The notes under the pieces are model-generated. The model did no database searches and was not told the origin of the DNA. It worked only from the letters and a program-made list of their open reading frames with translations. Source: Tricharina praecox (Eukaryota). From it: 64,000 nt of DNA. Below, piece after piece: positions 1 to 13,779 of the stretch. The DNA lies in NCBI RefSeq assembly GCF_024521635.1, contig NW_026250428.1:248001-312000 (forward strand), written 5' to 3'. The position numbers and the translations under genes are program-made. The first letter of the stretch is position 1, and each line of letters begins with the position of its first letter.

Positions 1-104
1 AGGATATGCACAGGGAGTAAGCGAAGAGGGGTATGCGGGGGATTGAGGCAGGATTGGGGGGAGTGGGAGGGGGAGGGGAAGGAGGGGACGCATAAGGTGC
101 GCAC

Positions 105-522
105 CTTTCGCCGCTACACTAATTATATGGAGCGAAGCCGAAGGGGCGGGAATGATCAGCGTTATTCTATATCATCTCGGGGGGATTTTCCTTCGTCGTC
201 TGCCGCTAGGGTGCGTACGGTATGTGCGTGCTAGTAGGAGGGAAAGAGCCACGGCCACATGTTTGCTTACCTTCGTCTTCCTCTGTCTGCACGGCTCGCA
301 CGCGTGCGATACTCTGTTTTTGCCGTCGCCCAGACTGCCAGCGTTGCCGATGAAACTATCCTCTCGGGTTTTGCTGCCTCTACGCAACCGCGGGATGGGA
401 ACCTTTACGCGCGTGGAGGGGGGAGCAATGGCCTCGCCGCCGCAACCTCCACCTCCACCACCACCACCGCCATCGTTGGAGCCACCCGAACCGCCCTGAC
501 CGGCGGGGGGACTGCTCGCCAT
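105..522 (-). CDS. Zn(II)2Cys6 fungal transcription factor, N-terminal exons (gene continues off the left edge)
   Basis: Exon 522-271 ends ...RVSHACEPCRQRKTK at a GTAAGC donor. A 14-nt exon at 118-105 (TAG|TGTAGCGGCGAAAG|GTGCGC) adds CSGE(R), continuing the CxxCxxxKxKC zinc-cluster motif. Confidence 0.9.
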
Positions 523-2157
523 GGACCCTCTGCGTCTCTTCAGTGCGTTCGTTGCGTACGGTGAGGTTTGGATAACGGCGAGGTCTGGATAACGTTTCGC
601 TTAGAATCCTGTCTCTCGGTGGATGTTGAGCGGCGCGGGTGGGTGGAGGTGGGAGGGGGTGGGGACAGGATGCGAGCGCCCGGTCAGGCGCGGAGCGGGG
701 ATTTGCGCGGGTGCTTGGGGGAGGTGCCGGCGACTGTTATGTCAGTTCTTTGGTCTCTCGGTCTGTCTCTCTGTCTCTGTTTTTTTTTCTTCTCTCGCCG
801 CAAGCCGCACGCGGTCGCAGGACGTTTCGTATGCTGTTACGGAACCGAGTCGAATAGCAGCGACGGTAAGGGGATGGAAGCGAGTGAGGAGGAGTAAGTT
901 GTAGTGTGAGAGCGACGGGATCAGTGAGTGTGTGTGTGTGTTTCGTCCAGGACCGGGGGGGCGGAGGTGAGGCGGAGGGGAGGCGGAGGGGATATGGTTG
1001 GCAGGTGGCGGTGGTGATGGATGATCTAGTGGGGGAGGGGGGGGAGGCGGACGACCCGAGAGGCGGATTTGCAATTTATGTAGTAAGCGCGATGGCGGCT
1101 CCGACAGGGGAGCAACGATTCCCAAGCGTCCCTTACAGCTTTTCATTGGTTAGTGTACTTCTCTCTCGCGGGCAGGCGAGGGACGCCGACTAGCTAGTCT
1201 CGCGGCGATGGCTCTCATTGGTGTGGACGTCGTGATCTACTTAGGTCTATAGATACGTCTATAAAATGATTTCCCCCCCCCCTATGTTGTTGCATGGCGT
1301 GGGCACTCTGGGCAGCTGGCAGCTGGCTCGCGAAATTCGGATGCTGGTGGACGGGCTGTATATTTGGCTACGGCCGGCGGGGAGGAATCGGGGGACAATG
1401 GTGATCTCGAAGGATGCTGTGCGCAGATGGGCGACGATCGAATTTGGCCGATATCACACCAGGAGGAGACGACACAAACATTGCTATGATACATTTCTCG
1501 AGTGGCCTCGATCCAACACACGATGAAGCTGCTGCTCGACGAGGCGATTGATTGCGTCGGCAATGTGGGGACCATCTACTATCTACGAATTCTTACCCTT
1601 CCAGCACCATCAATCCAGGCGCGACGTGGAACACATGAACTCGAGCCGGACCGTACAAGTACCGATGGGCGCAACAATGCTCCCAAGCACTCCGGACAGC
1701 GTGGATGACATAGGTATCAGCATCCAACAGTGTGCTGGATGTTTCCGTGCCGCCCGATGATCTCGGGGCTCAGAAGGGAAGTATAGCTTCTACTTCTGCC
1801 TGCTGCTTCTGCTTGCTGACCACGTCGCGATCGTAGGCATCGGCCCTCACGCCGATTCCGCATCGATATCATCCATCCGCTGCATATGCCGACGCTGCAT
1901 CACCGCGCCGCACCGCTAGCATCGCCATCATGGCCAATATCCTGTTTATCGCACGCCCATGCCCATGCCATGCACAACACTCGCGGAAGCGGAAGCTGCT
2001 AGGAGGAGGGAGGGAAAAAGCCCCGCCTGTGGAGAATCTCCATCACCATCATCATCATCATCATCACCGTCACGGTCCTGGTCCGATCAGGCGCGGGCGC
2101 TGGGACTGGGGCTGGGGCTAGTTCTGCTCGGGGCTACGACGACGATGACACGCGAGC

Positions 2158-2202
2158 TGTGGATGTGGATGTGGATGTGGATGTGGATGTGGATGTGGAT
2201 GG
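2158..2202. repeat. (GGATGT)n microsatellite
   Basis: About 7 tandem hexamers read directly. Confidence 0.95.
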
Positions 2203-2385
2203 GGAAAGAAAAAAAACAAAGAAAATGCCATATGTGGTGCTGCCGGATCCCCACCCCTCCACGAGTCCACCCTTGGAAAAACCGGATTGCGCAAGATTGG
2301 CATTCCGGCAGCATCGATAGACAGTTATCGAGCCCCAAGAATCCCGGTCTTCAACCGGGGGCAAAGTCTTCGGTACTCTAGGTAC

Positions 2386-2706
2386 TAGTCAATATCAAAA
2401 ACTTGTGGACACCTAGAACCCTAACCCACGGGCACCACACCAAAATCCGTGAAGAGAGTGAGGAGATGGCAGACTGGCAGTTGACCGCTCACGACTGCTG
2501 GTATCCAAATACCGGGCGCATTTTTTATTTTCATGTAACGATGTTCTTTTGTACTGAAGAAAACTTCAGTTGGCTGTAGTTGGATAATCACAACCGTGCT
2601 GCATGTTGACTGCGGTCTCTGGAGCCCATATTCTCCCAGCCATAAGATTTGGTATGGTGCCCGTGGGTTAGGGTTCTAGGTGTCCACAAGTTTTTGATAT
2701 TGACTA
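2386..2706. mobile_element. MITE / non-autonomous DNA transposon (Tc1/mariner-like), 321 bp
   Basis: 52-bp perfect terminal inverted repeats (TAGTCAATATCAAAAACTTGTGGACACCTAGAACCCTAACCCACGGGCACCA), extending to ~59 bp with one mismatch. TA at both ends; no coding capacity. Confidence 0.85.
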
Positions 2707-4499
2707 TCTATACATACACGCCTACGAGCGAAACCAAGCTCACGCCGCACATCGTCCACCATGGTGAAGTGCCTATGGGGAGTCCGTCGCAACTTGAGAA
2801 TGCGTGACCCTTCCCCTTCCCATCTGTCGCTGTTTTCTATGTAGTCGCCAGACCTACATACACACTCCAAGCACTCTATCAATGTAAATACCTAGAGCAT
2901 CCCATCAGCTGGGAAATGCGCACGATGAACGCATCGAGCATCGTACATAGAGTCCACTCGCGAAAGTTCGTCCATCCATCGATGTCCAGCCCGAATCTGT
3001 CCCTGCAGGGCTACAGGAATCGTCCAGAGCAATCGCCAGAGCAGAGCGCAAAGCGCGGTGACATCATGATCATCGGCGAAACGGTACGTATGTAGAGTAA
3101 ATCGAGACAGAAAGAAAAAGAAAAAAAAGCTTGAGGACTGAGGACTGAGGAGAGAGAGAACGGGGGAGACCCGAACTTCTGCTTCTGCTTCTGCTTTTTT
3201 TTTGCCTTTTGCCTTTTGCCCCTGGAGGCTGGCTCGCCCGCCCATCATAACCGTTTGCGAGGCTCCCGGAAAATTTCCCTGCGCTGTATCTGCTGTACTC
3301 TATCATACCGACTCTACCGATTAGAGTGCCTCCTCGTACGACGAATCGCAATGCCTGAAAGACTTCGACGATGGTTGTTGGGATCGAGGCATGGGATGGC
3401 TCAGTGGCGTAGTCGCCGCCCGCTACCACGGCCAATGGGATGCTCTCCAATGCACCTCAGCCACACCACAGATCTATATTATAATCTGCGATTGGATCAT
3501 CCGGCCAAGCCTGCCAAGCCTGGCCAACAGAGACCCTCCGGCAGGCATCGTGAGCACACGCGTGCGGGGAACGGTTGACGGTCGTGCCCCCGCCGCCCTC
3601 GCTTATGAGCTCACTCGAGCTCACTTGTGGGGCTGCGAGGTTGCTCACGACCTATCACTCGGGAATACCGCCAGTTCGATGACTTCCCAAATCCCGACGG
3701 AGCCAAATGCGGCCCACTGGTCTGGCCAGTCCCGACGCTGCTACGGCACATAAAAAAGGCAATATATGGTGGAACAATGGAGAGAAGGAAAGGAACACGA
3801 TGCCCGTTCGTTCGATTAAAGCAGTATATACCCGTAGGTATTCGATGGGTGAGTGCATACCCGTATGTGCCGTGTGCCTTGTCTCGCTCGAATACCTAGT
3901 GGTATCACTTGCAACCGGTTCTTTCGTCGCTCAACATCTCGCTTCGTCCCGACTTCCAACGTGGTGTTTTTATTAACTCGCTCACCCTGCGAATCCAACG
4001 AATCCTGCGAAATCCTGGGGCCCGGGGGTGATGGTGGTGGTGGTGGCTGAAAGCCGGAAATACCAGCCACAAAACTACACCAGACCCTCAGCCTGACGAT
4101 CCTCAACTATCAACGAAGCCGCGTCTTCGTCACAAACAATCCGAACGAGCGCGATAGTTAAGAGATCATCCGGGATGTTCCAACGCTCGGAGCGACTCGA
4201 CGAGCTTCGTAGCCGACCCGAGTACCCGGTTTACCGCGTGGCTGGTGCTCCGCGCCGCTCAGCTCAGCTCAACTGTCAAAGTATTATCATCATAGGAGGA
4301 TCAGCGAGTGGCGAGTCCAGTGCCTCTGCGCCTCTGTGCCACCGTGCCAATCGAAGGGGCTTTCTGTGCGACACAACACATGCCTCCGCGGGAAATAGTT
4401 AAGCAACAACCCAACCCGGCATTGCGTGTAACCACACGAGTCGCTTCCAAAGGGGCCGGCGGAGTCTGGAATCTGGAATCTGAGTCTGGAGGCTGGAGC

Positions 4500-4500
<1 letters not shown>

Positions 4501-4540
<40 letters not shown>
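4501..4540. repeat. (ATTG)10 microsatellite
   Basis: Read directly. Confidence 0.95.
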
Positions 4541-4543
<3 letters not shown>

Positions 4544-5704
4544 ATACAGCATGGAACCCTAAGGTTATGGCCGATAGAGATATCTACAATACATACAACA
4601 TTTCGACAAAGAAATTCCACCACCAAATCCATACAGAAATGACAAGCCAAATCCCTTCGCCTCGAAACGTTTGAAAGGGAGCCTTCGAAGAGGCTCGGGT
4701 TGTCGGTTTTACGCGGTAGCGGCGCGTCGTAGCCCTCCTCTTCTCCAAAGGTACCTCCACTCGGTACTACATACCCTCAACATAACCAGTCTAGCGCACA
4801 CGGCATGGTGCTCAAAAGGAATCGTCGTCTCGGGGTTTGCGTAGCTGTCAAGGCCGAGGTCCGATGAACAGCAGGGAAGATATTTGGATCGACGGCGGGA
4901 TTGGCAAAATGCCGGTTGTCATGGTCGACGTTCTCCTGCGCCAAGCGCTGAGCTCTCCCCCTGGAGTTCACTCTCCTCCCCGCCATTGCCGTATCGCCTG
5001 CTAAACAGGCTCTCCTAGAGTGGTAAAATCGATGATGATGTGCGGGGAAGCGATGAGGCTGGAGCTATGTATGACTTGGTTGGTTGGTTGGTGGTCGGCC
5101 CGATGCTGCTCCTGCCCTGTGGCAAATGATCCACCCTGTGGCAAATGATCCACCCTATGGCAGGAACGGAATACCTAGGGAACGCGGTCAGATATGTAAC
5201 AAGCGAGGTAGAGTAGAGTATGTGGCGGTTGCTACTGTTGGCGATGTTGACCACCGCAAGCAGGGAAGATACAAAAAGCAACATAGGTATCTACTGCGAG
5301 AACTCATGCGGACACGACGCCCTACCTATCCAATGCAGCAAAAACGCAGAAACCCCTTACTCCAGACACCGACAGAATCCACTGCTGAAGGTTGAAGGTG
5401 CTCGTGACATTCAGATTCAGCTTGGTGACCGGTCCTCGACTCGTGGGTGAAAGAAGCCCGCAACAACTACTCGACCGGGCATATCGAGCGAACGAACGGA
5501 AGGGATATCTACGAGAACTGACGAACACAGAGCTGCAATCAACGCATCAGCAAAATGACCAGAAACCCCAGAAACCCCCGCTGGGTGACCTCACCGGATA
5601 GGTAGCCTATGTACCTACCAGGTACCCACCTAGGTACATATCAATCCAAGTAATCCAAGCCCACTCCCGTTCACAGGGCGACATTCTTCGATCGCCTCGC
5701 CAAC

Positions 5705-6114
5705 TCAATCTGCGCCTTCCTTCACCGTCTCCAAATCCCGCAGCCCCGCATTCTCGACGATCCCCGCCTCAAACTCGCGGTCCAGCCTCTTCTGCTCCCG
5801 GCGCATCTGCTCCTCGACCACCCGCAACTTCTCAACATCGCGCTTCCTCTTGCGCTCCGTCTTCGTCGCGGCGGCTTCGGTCAGAGTACGCCACCTCCCC
5901 CGCCCCCGCCCCCGCCTCTTCCTGCGACCCCTCGGCGTCGCCACAATATATCGCTCCCATTGCTCCCATCTGCGCTTGCGCTGAGCCGCCGTTGGCGGGC
6001 TGCGGCCGCCCCGAGGTACGTGTCTGCCCTCCTTGTCCTCCTTGCGCTGCGACGCCCCGTCGGCTACGCTTGTTGCTGGCGGAGACCGCGGCGGAGACGG
6101 CGACTGGACTCTTG
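5705..6114 (-). CDS. Possible terminal exon of a small basic/coiled-coil hypothetical protein
   Basis: Open frame ...RWEQWERYIVATPRGRRKRR...EEQMRREQKRLDREFEAG...* follows a CTAAT-GTGCAG branch/acceptor-like sequence. No convincing start exon or family was found. Confidence 0.3.
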
Positions 6115-8390
6115 CGGCTGCACATTAGGTGCTGCTCGGTGCTGCACGGTAGTCTCGGTAGTAGGGTCGAGTTGGTTCGTGAGTCGCTGGACTGTGGGCG
6201 GTCGTGTGGCCTTGCTGGGCGGTTGGGAGTGGGCTATGTAGTATCGTTACCACGAACGATCGCTCGCGGAACGTTGCGTGCAAGGATCGAGCTGTTTCGC
6301 TGGTTGGTTCTGGATGCGTTTTTGGGAGACCTTTCGTTTTGGGTTGGAAGCTCGGTGGAGGGATGGCTGAGGTATGGCTGAGACGGGATGAGAGGGTGAG
6401 TGGGAGTGTGCGAGAGTGTGTGCTTCTAGAGGCTTCTGGGGGGTTCGAGGACGGCGGATATGGCAGGCCAGTCGCTGGTATATGTTGGATAGTCTATGGG
6501 ATGGATAGATTTGTGCGGATGTGAACCCACTATAGTAAGGCGATCAAACCATCTCGCTAAGTCGCCGGGGGTCCGATTCGAGTTCCAGTTCCAGTTCAAG
6601 GAGTTCAGAATTGAGTTGAGTGTTGAGTGTGTGCGGGACCAAGTATCTTAAACCTCCTTGTAAGTAGCTTTAGAGCCTGTTATGGGAACCTTGTTGCGCC
6701 CAGCGCCCCAAACAGTGCGTCTGTTTTGCCCAAGTTCATGCTCACGCATTGCCTTTGCCTTTTCCTGTGCCCGTACATCGTGCATATCCATCCGTGGAAT
6801 GTGGGCAGTGCATGGTGCGTGGGGCAGATAAGTGAGACAAGTGCACACGTGAGTTCCCGCCCAGAGAGAGGGGTGGGTGCATCCCATCTTATCCTATCCC
6901 ATGCATCTCTCGATATTTGCTTTTTACTCCTATGCTTCAACCTCGAGTCCAGTGTGTTCTTTCCCCAGCTTCGCCCCCTACGGATAGGCAGATACCATAC
7001 CTCGCAGTCTCAGAGTCTCAGAATCTCAGAATCTCAGAATCTCAAGAGGAAGAGAATTTAGACCCGCCAGACAACTTTACCGCCAACCAGCGACTCCTAG
7101 ACTTGGTGGTTTGCAATTCGTGCAATCACTGTAGGTAGGAGTAAGCTGCACGGTCCGGTCTGGTCGTCTTCGTCGTTGCGGTAGTGAGCGGAAGAACGGA
7201 AGGGGAAGGAGTCATCGTTCGGCGGCGGCGGCGGCGTAAACGCACTTCGAAGTGAGGGGGTGAGGGGGAGGGAGTGATGGACTCCAGAGCGAGGGGTGGG
7301 CATATAGACTGCAGAGCAGTGGAGCAGGTATGTACCGGTACTCCTATTCCTAGCTGAGCACACTCTGGTATCGTGACATACACAACCTCACTGTTCCGGC
7401 CAAAGTATCTCGGCGTCCATCGTGCCAACGACGAACCGGACCCTCCTCGTTGGCGGCAGCAGCAGCAGCAGCAGCAGCCGTCTCCACCGGAACGACTGCG
7501 ATGCTACAAGCTCGGGAGAGGACTCGGGGATTTGGGGAGAGAGAGGGCGGGCATACTACCTGCATACTGAGTGAGTGATGAGAAACCGCAGCCGCAACAC
7601 CACCATGGTCCACCCATACGGCTACCATAGGCCCTTCCGTTTCGATTTAGCTAGAGCCCCAAGGAAGCCCACCTACAGGCTACTGCAGCGCAGGAAATTC
7701 CACCGACGAAATACGAAATGCGAGCGGGCCGGGTGATATACCATGACGCAAGCCCGCTCTGGTTGGGTTGAGTTGCCAATTGCATCCGATCCGCCGATAG
7801 ATATTAGAAAACGAGCTGAGACGAAAGTATGATACCGGGAATGATACCTCGTTTCGGAGTCCGCGGGAGCCACCAAGATGTCGCCTAAGACGGTGGACAG
7901 GTAAATACATGCACACATACTACAAGTTCCGGAAATGACACTTATCGCCACCACCATACACCCTACACGGGGTTTTCCCATTGAAACGACAAGTGCAGAA
8001 GCTTCGGACGTGCAATGTACGTCATCGCCATCATCATTGCATTCGACCCGAGTAGATCATGGCATCGGGTTCTCACGTTGTCGGTTCTCACGTTATCGGT
8101 TCACACTTCACAGAGAGGGTATGATAGCAGCAGGGAAAGGTTTGGATTCATCACGATTCATGAATCCGACCGTCCGCTGAAAACGGGACGAGAGCAACCT
8201 TCGACGGCACCATAAAAGTGCCTAAAACAGAACGCTAGAACAGGATATAAAGACAGCTGGATCATCATCCAGTAAGGCGACGAGACAAAGAAAACGAATA
8301 AACAAGGTGGAGAGAAAGTCGTTCCGCTTCCCACTCCAGCCAATAAAATCTGCAGGCAGGCAATGTCTCGACGCGGTTGCAATCCCTTGC

Positions 8391-9948
8391 CTATTCCTCC
8401 TCGGGCTTGCGGGCATAGACAACATAACTACCCAATGTGTTAGCACTGCATCGAAGGAAGTGATCCGGTGAACTCACTAGTGATTGTACACGTGATAATT
8501 CTTGTTCTTCACGGCGGCGAACGCATCATCACAAATCTTCTTGGCCTTCGCATGTTCGAAGCCGAGGATCCTGGTAAGGGGACCCATGCCGTATGCCTCG
8601 TAGCCAGTCTCGGACAGAAGAACACTCATTCCGCCAATCTATGTGCCCGGAAATTAGCGATAGTATTGACACGTGAATGGTGAGGGTAGCATACTCTCTT
8701 CATGCGTGGATCCTTAGGCCACGGTCCGATAGGCTGCTTGAAGGTGTTCGCGTCAATTTCAACGAAACCGGCTTCCTTCATGTTGTCCACCATGGTGGGT
8801 TTCGTCGCGGGCGGCTTTCCTTGATTGTTGCGGTTCGAATGTCAGTAGCAAAAAAAACACGGGCATTTAGTATCCAGGTCATGTGTACCTATACTGGTCA
8901 TGGCCTCCGAGATATATTCCATGCACCGCTTCGAGCCGTGGTCGTCCGGCATGGTTCCGTCGTCGCAGAGCGTCTGGATGCCGAGCTCGCAGTGCTCGAT
9001 GTAGCCACCGGGCTTCAGGCACCTGGTCGAACATTAGTCAGTAAACATTCCTCGATGGTGTGTGTAGCACGGATGAACAAGCGGGGGAGGGTGGAGTTCC
9101 GCACCTGTAGGCTTGACCGAGCAAGAACTGCCAGTCACTAATCGAGATCGATATGTTTCTCAAGTGGATGAAATCGAACGAGTTCTCGGCGTAGGTCCAT
9201 TCACGCTCGGCGTCGTCGACCTCGAAACGGCTATTTCGATCAATCAGCGTTCATCCCCCACCATATCTGAAACGCACTTGTTTCATACCAGTTCGGCGGG
9301 ACCCATTTGGGCTGGATGGGGCTGTTTCGAACGCAGGTCAGTCAGAAGATCCATGACGGGTCTAGCACAGCAAGAGAACCCCCACTACCACTGGCGGGGG
9401 GAGGAAGTCAATCATACCTAAGATCGATGCCGATCACCTCGGCAGAAGGATATTTATCAGCCATGTCGATAGCCCAGATACCAGTGCCCGTGCCAACGTC
9501 GAGAATACGATGGGGTTCCTTGAGAGGGGCAAGGTGAAGCTTCCCCGAGAGGATCTGCAGCAAGGACTCGTGATGCATGTCGAGGCGGTCCTGCTCGACC
9601 TCATCCGTGGGCATGAGGTTCTTCTCCGCTCCGAAGTAGACGTGATAACGACGGCCGTTCTCGAAGATCCATTCGTTGATAGACGAGGTAAGACTCTGAG
9701 TGCTGGAATCATAACTACACATTCACGGCAATTGGCCAAGATGTCCAAGACGAATTTAGAAAGAGGATATATACCCAGCGGACTCGTAGTCGGCATCACT
9801 GTTCTCGAGCTGTGAATCATCGACAAAAGATCATCAGTATCCATCGGACAGGAAAGAATGTCAATAGGTTAGCCTTCTGCCAACTCACAACCGCAGGATC
9901 CACTTCGATCGTCATCTCGTCCTTCTCTAGTTTCGAGATTCCGGCCAT
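8391..9948 (-). CDS. LaeA-like (Methyltransf_23-type) SAM-dependent methyltransferase, multi-exon
   Basis: ENGRRYH, PTDEVEQDRLD, and ILDVGTGTGIWAIDMADKYPSAEVIGIDL (SAM motif I). Terminal exon YVVYARKPEEE*. Canonical GT-AG introns. Confidence 0.93.
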
Positions 9949-11142
9949 TATTGCGAGGGGTGAACCGTTTATTGTTATAGCAGAGGTTACGTGGATGTTA
10001 AGAAGGGCAAAACAGAGTTCGGGATGAAGGTCTCGGAGAGCAAGGGCGGGAAGAAGGGAAGTTGTTCCACGGGGGGAAATGGATGGGGGGACAATGGAGG
10101 AGGATGGGAGGACAATAGAAGACAGGAGGAGATTGAATGTACGGGGGAGAGTGGATGATGGAGGGGATTGAAGGACAACAGGAGGAGGAGGAGATGAGAG
10201 ATTGCACAGTGCACGAGGATGGGTGAGCGAAAACAAATCAGAACAAACACAAATGGACGGGTACAAAACGGACAGAGAGGGGAGGAGCGGGTGCAAAGAG
10301 GACGGAGAGGAGCGTGTGTACAATGTTCTGCAAAAGCGGCTGTCCCCCGGTAAATAAATATTATATAGTGCTTTGGCGGTTGCCGACATTTTCCACGAAT
10401 TTCCTCCACACAAACGCGCACTGCACTCCCCTCCCCCCATTGCACAGCGGCGTGCCTGCCTGCCTGTCTGCTTTCCTACCTGCCTACGTGTGCAGCCATC
10501 TGCTAGCAAAGATTCATTCCTCGCCGACCTGCGTCAACCCATCTGAGATTGTGCCCACTGCCCACCACCCATTCATCCATCCCAATCCGTCATGCCGAAA
10601 ACTGCCTTTTTCCATGTCTCTTCCAAATGGGTGGCCTTTAAGCGCTCGAGCAGCATATGTGCATTCGCAAAAAAAGACCCCTTCCGCAGGCTTAGTCTCT
10701 CGGCACCTGCGCGGAAAGCTCGAAACAGCCGCCGCCAGGAGCTTTCCCCGCCCGAAAAGTAGCTCGACCGCCCGGAGCTTGGAGGTGGATAACCAGGTTG
10801 ATGATGCATCCGTGGGGGCTGCAAGTTGCAACTACCGATCGGGGGGAGCACGTGGGACTCGGGAGCACATAGAGTACCACAGTATGTACACGGATACAAG
10901 GGCAGACCGTCCTCTCCTCGGTCGTCACTTGCTCACAATCGCTCACTCGCCAAACAGTGTCCGGCCAGATGCTCTCGCAATTGATGCAGACGCCTACGTG
11001 GAGACGGCCCGCCTTATCATCACGCCCGAGTGCCCTACACATATCGAAGCTGGAAGCGAAGCCGGAAGTTGGGATTGTTTGTACTCTAGAGTACGGTCGG
11101 AACGTGCGAATATGTACCAAGCAGACAGGAAGCGGCCAGAAG

Positions 11143-11194
11143 CTGCAGCAGCGGCTTGAGGCTGCAGGAAGCGGCTTGAAGCTGCAGGAAGCGG
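11143..11194. repeat. ~20-bp tandem repeat (GCTGCAGGAAGCGGCTTGAA), ~2.5 copies
   Basis: Read directly, upstream of the methyltransferase gene. Confidence 0.7.
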
Positions 11195-13779
11195 AAAGCG
11201 CCCGGAAAGGCGGAAAGCGGGGGTGCGTGTGACAGCTTGCCGCGAGGTGATTGGGGGGATTCATCACGCAGGCGTTTGTAATTAAAGACACAGGTGGAAG
11301 TGGGGGTGTGGATCGTGGGGGCGTCCGGCCAATTAGCCGAGAGTCGCTGGGGCTGCGGATAAGGACGATCTAGACACGATGTGGGAGTCGGCACCGCGGC
11401 GGTATGTACGCGACCTCCGATGGCCATGGGGGTTCGTTGGACAGTTGGAAGTGTGGGATTGACGCCCTGCTAGGACCGATCCGCCACTTGAGGCGCCGTG
11501 GGGTACTTTGCCCGTATTTCGAGACCGACGGCTGAAGAGTCCAGTGTCAGGTCGTGGCCACTGGCATGCAGTACGGCGCCCCTGCGACGCACCCGCAGAG
11601 CCTAGATGAATCGACAGTCTTACGTGTCAGAGACTTTCAATCTCGAGGCAGTAGGAATCCGCCGATCAGAAAGTGGAAGTGGAAAGCATGCGGCACTCGA
11701 GCAGACGCGGTCACCCGAAGAGAAACCCGAAAACTTTGTATGACAAAAGTTGAGACAAACGACAAATGCTTGGCTAAAGTTCAGACCGTTTTGTGGCCTG
11801 GAGGAACGTCGTCCGAAGAATGCATACTTTCTATGCGAGCGAGTTATCCGAAGGCCTCGTCGTTTGCTACCGCAGACGTCACAATCCAGGCTTTCCGCAC
11901 TTCGCTTGACTCGCACACGTTAACCATAATCAGGATACGAAATCACAAAGTTGGATTCCGAGATGCCAACCGAGAAATGAAACCCATGGAAATCGGTGAA
12001 TGGGGAGATTCTTTGTGTGATATGAGACGGGTAGGAAGGTATTGTGGGGATGAACTTGGTGACGAGGCGGTTCATCAGGGCCTGTCAACTGGATCTGCTG
12101 AATAGTTTCACATCTAGCCCGCACGCCTACCGAGTAGAGTGTACCTTTGTCTGTTCCGCGAAATACGGCTGCGGTTTCGAACATTCGAAGACTCGCCCCG
12201 CAATCGACATCTGGAACGTCCGCTATCACACCTCCTTGTTTGCAAGCGATTATCACTCTTTGGCACCTCTACCTCGACCAAGACACATTCTTCGTCTCAG
12301 CTTCGCCTTCGAATAACCCCCGGATTTCCGATGGCATCAACGGCAGCTTCCGCCAGTATTGGCGCACAGTACCCGAGAGGAAGGAAGTTTGCGGGAGAGT
12401 GGTGTGTTTCTCAACGGAAACGGGAGTTTACAGCCCTTGTGAAAGACTTTACGTTTGAGCCCGTGGTGCGGGTTGGTGCGAGGGGGAATCGGGTGGTGGA
12501 GGGATGCGGGAAGGCTATGGGAATCGTGCGATGGATAAAGGTGGTTTGCCGAAGGACAACTTGGGCCTTCTTGGAAAGAGGTACGACATTCACGCTTTCG
12601 AGTACTCAATTACTCGCTTCATTTGTTTCACGCATCTATGGTTATGATACACTCACTATATCGCACTCGGCTTGATTCAGGACTCGGACCATGTTCCAGA
12701 ATGGGTACCCTCATAGCGATTCCAGAGCTCCGGATATCCCTGGAATCGTCGGCGTATGGCAACTACATGACAGCTCGCATGATTTCGCTACCGATGAGAA
12801 GCGTGTCCCCGCGGTCTATACCAGCTTCCGGTGTCCTTGCAGCGATACCCTTGCAGAAGCTAACAACAACTACAGCGACGTTCGGCATGCACCTTGCGTG
12901 GTGTGAATGTCATAATCTAGGTCTGGCCAGGACGTCCTGTAGGGTTCACTGACGTTCTTCAGTTGTAGTTAACCTCGAAGAGTGCTCCCGGCTCTGACAG
13001 ATGCGTATGAACTCCTGCTGATCACGTTTTTCCTACAGAACGGCGACGTCGTCAAAGCCACCGCTTTCATAGCATGTACGATCTCTGAGCATGCGCAGCA
13101 ACACGGAAACCTCTACTTCCCGAGTGAGTTTATCGAGGGAGTTTGAGTACTCAGGATCGGACGGGATGTGGAAGGTGACGGGCATCGTGTCCTTGGACTT
13201 AGCAGAATGAGAGAGGTCGATGGGGTGAGATTCTGCATGTCGACTGATATCTCGATGATGATATGGAGAAGGAGATTTGCTTGACATTTAGGGATTGATG
13301 ATAGCAGAAATACCATAGGATAGCTGGTATCGATGGCCAAGTGTGTTGGCTGTTCGAGTGTGCTATGGCTACCTCTCGAACGGACCCCCCCCCTCGAAGT
13401 TGGCCTGCGATAGATGCTTCTTTAGTAAGCCAAACCGGAACTGTGAGTTGAAGCAATACTGTGAGTACATGATGTGTCGTGACGCGCTTGTCCCGTCTAT
13501 ATCTCAGCTACCTGCCACTTGGCGTTAAACTAACCGCTGTTGTTGTCAGCCCCGAAATCCACTCAGGCTATATCTCCACCCCCACTAGCAATCAACTCTC
13601 CCCAACCACACCTTCCCGTTTACCTCCCCCTCCAACTCCACCTCCATCGTCAGTCCCTACCTATCGCCGCTCGTTTCTTACTCACCATCCCCCAGCACAA
13701 TCAACTCCCTCATCCACCGCTCTCCTTCCCTCAATCGCTTCCACTTGACCAAAGAACCCTCACCGTTCCATTCGTCAAG

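Noticed and set aside
2414..2428. CCCTAACCC as a telomerase RNA template
   Set aside because: It lies within both TIRs of a MITE, with no other telomerase RNA features.
10314..13290. Several 100-280 aa ORFs between the methyltransferase and the orphan gene
   Set aside because: No recognisable domains, coding-like bias or consistent splice model; likely promoter and decayed sequence.
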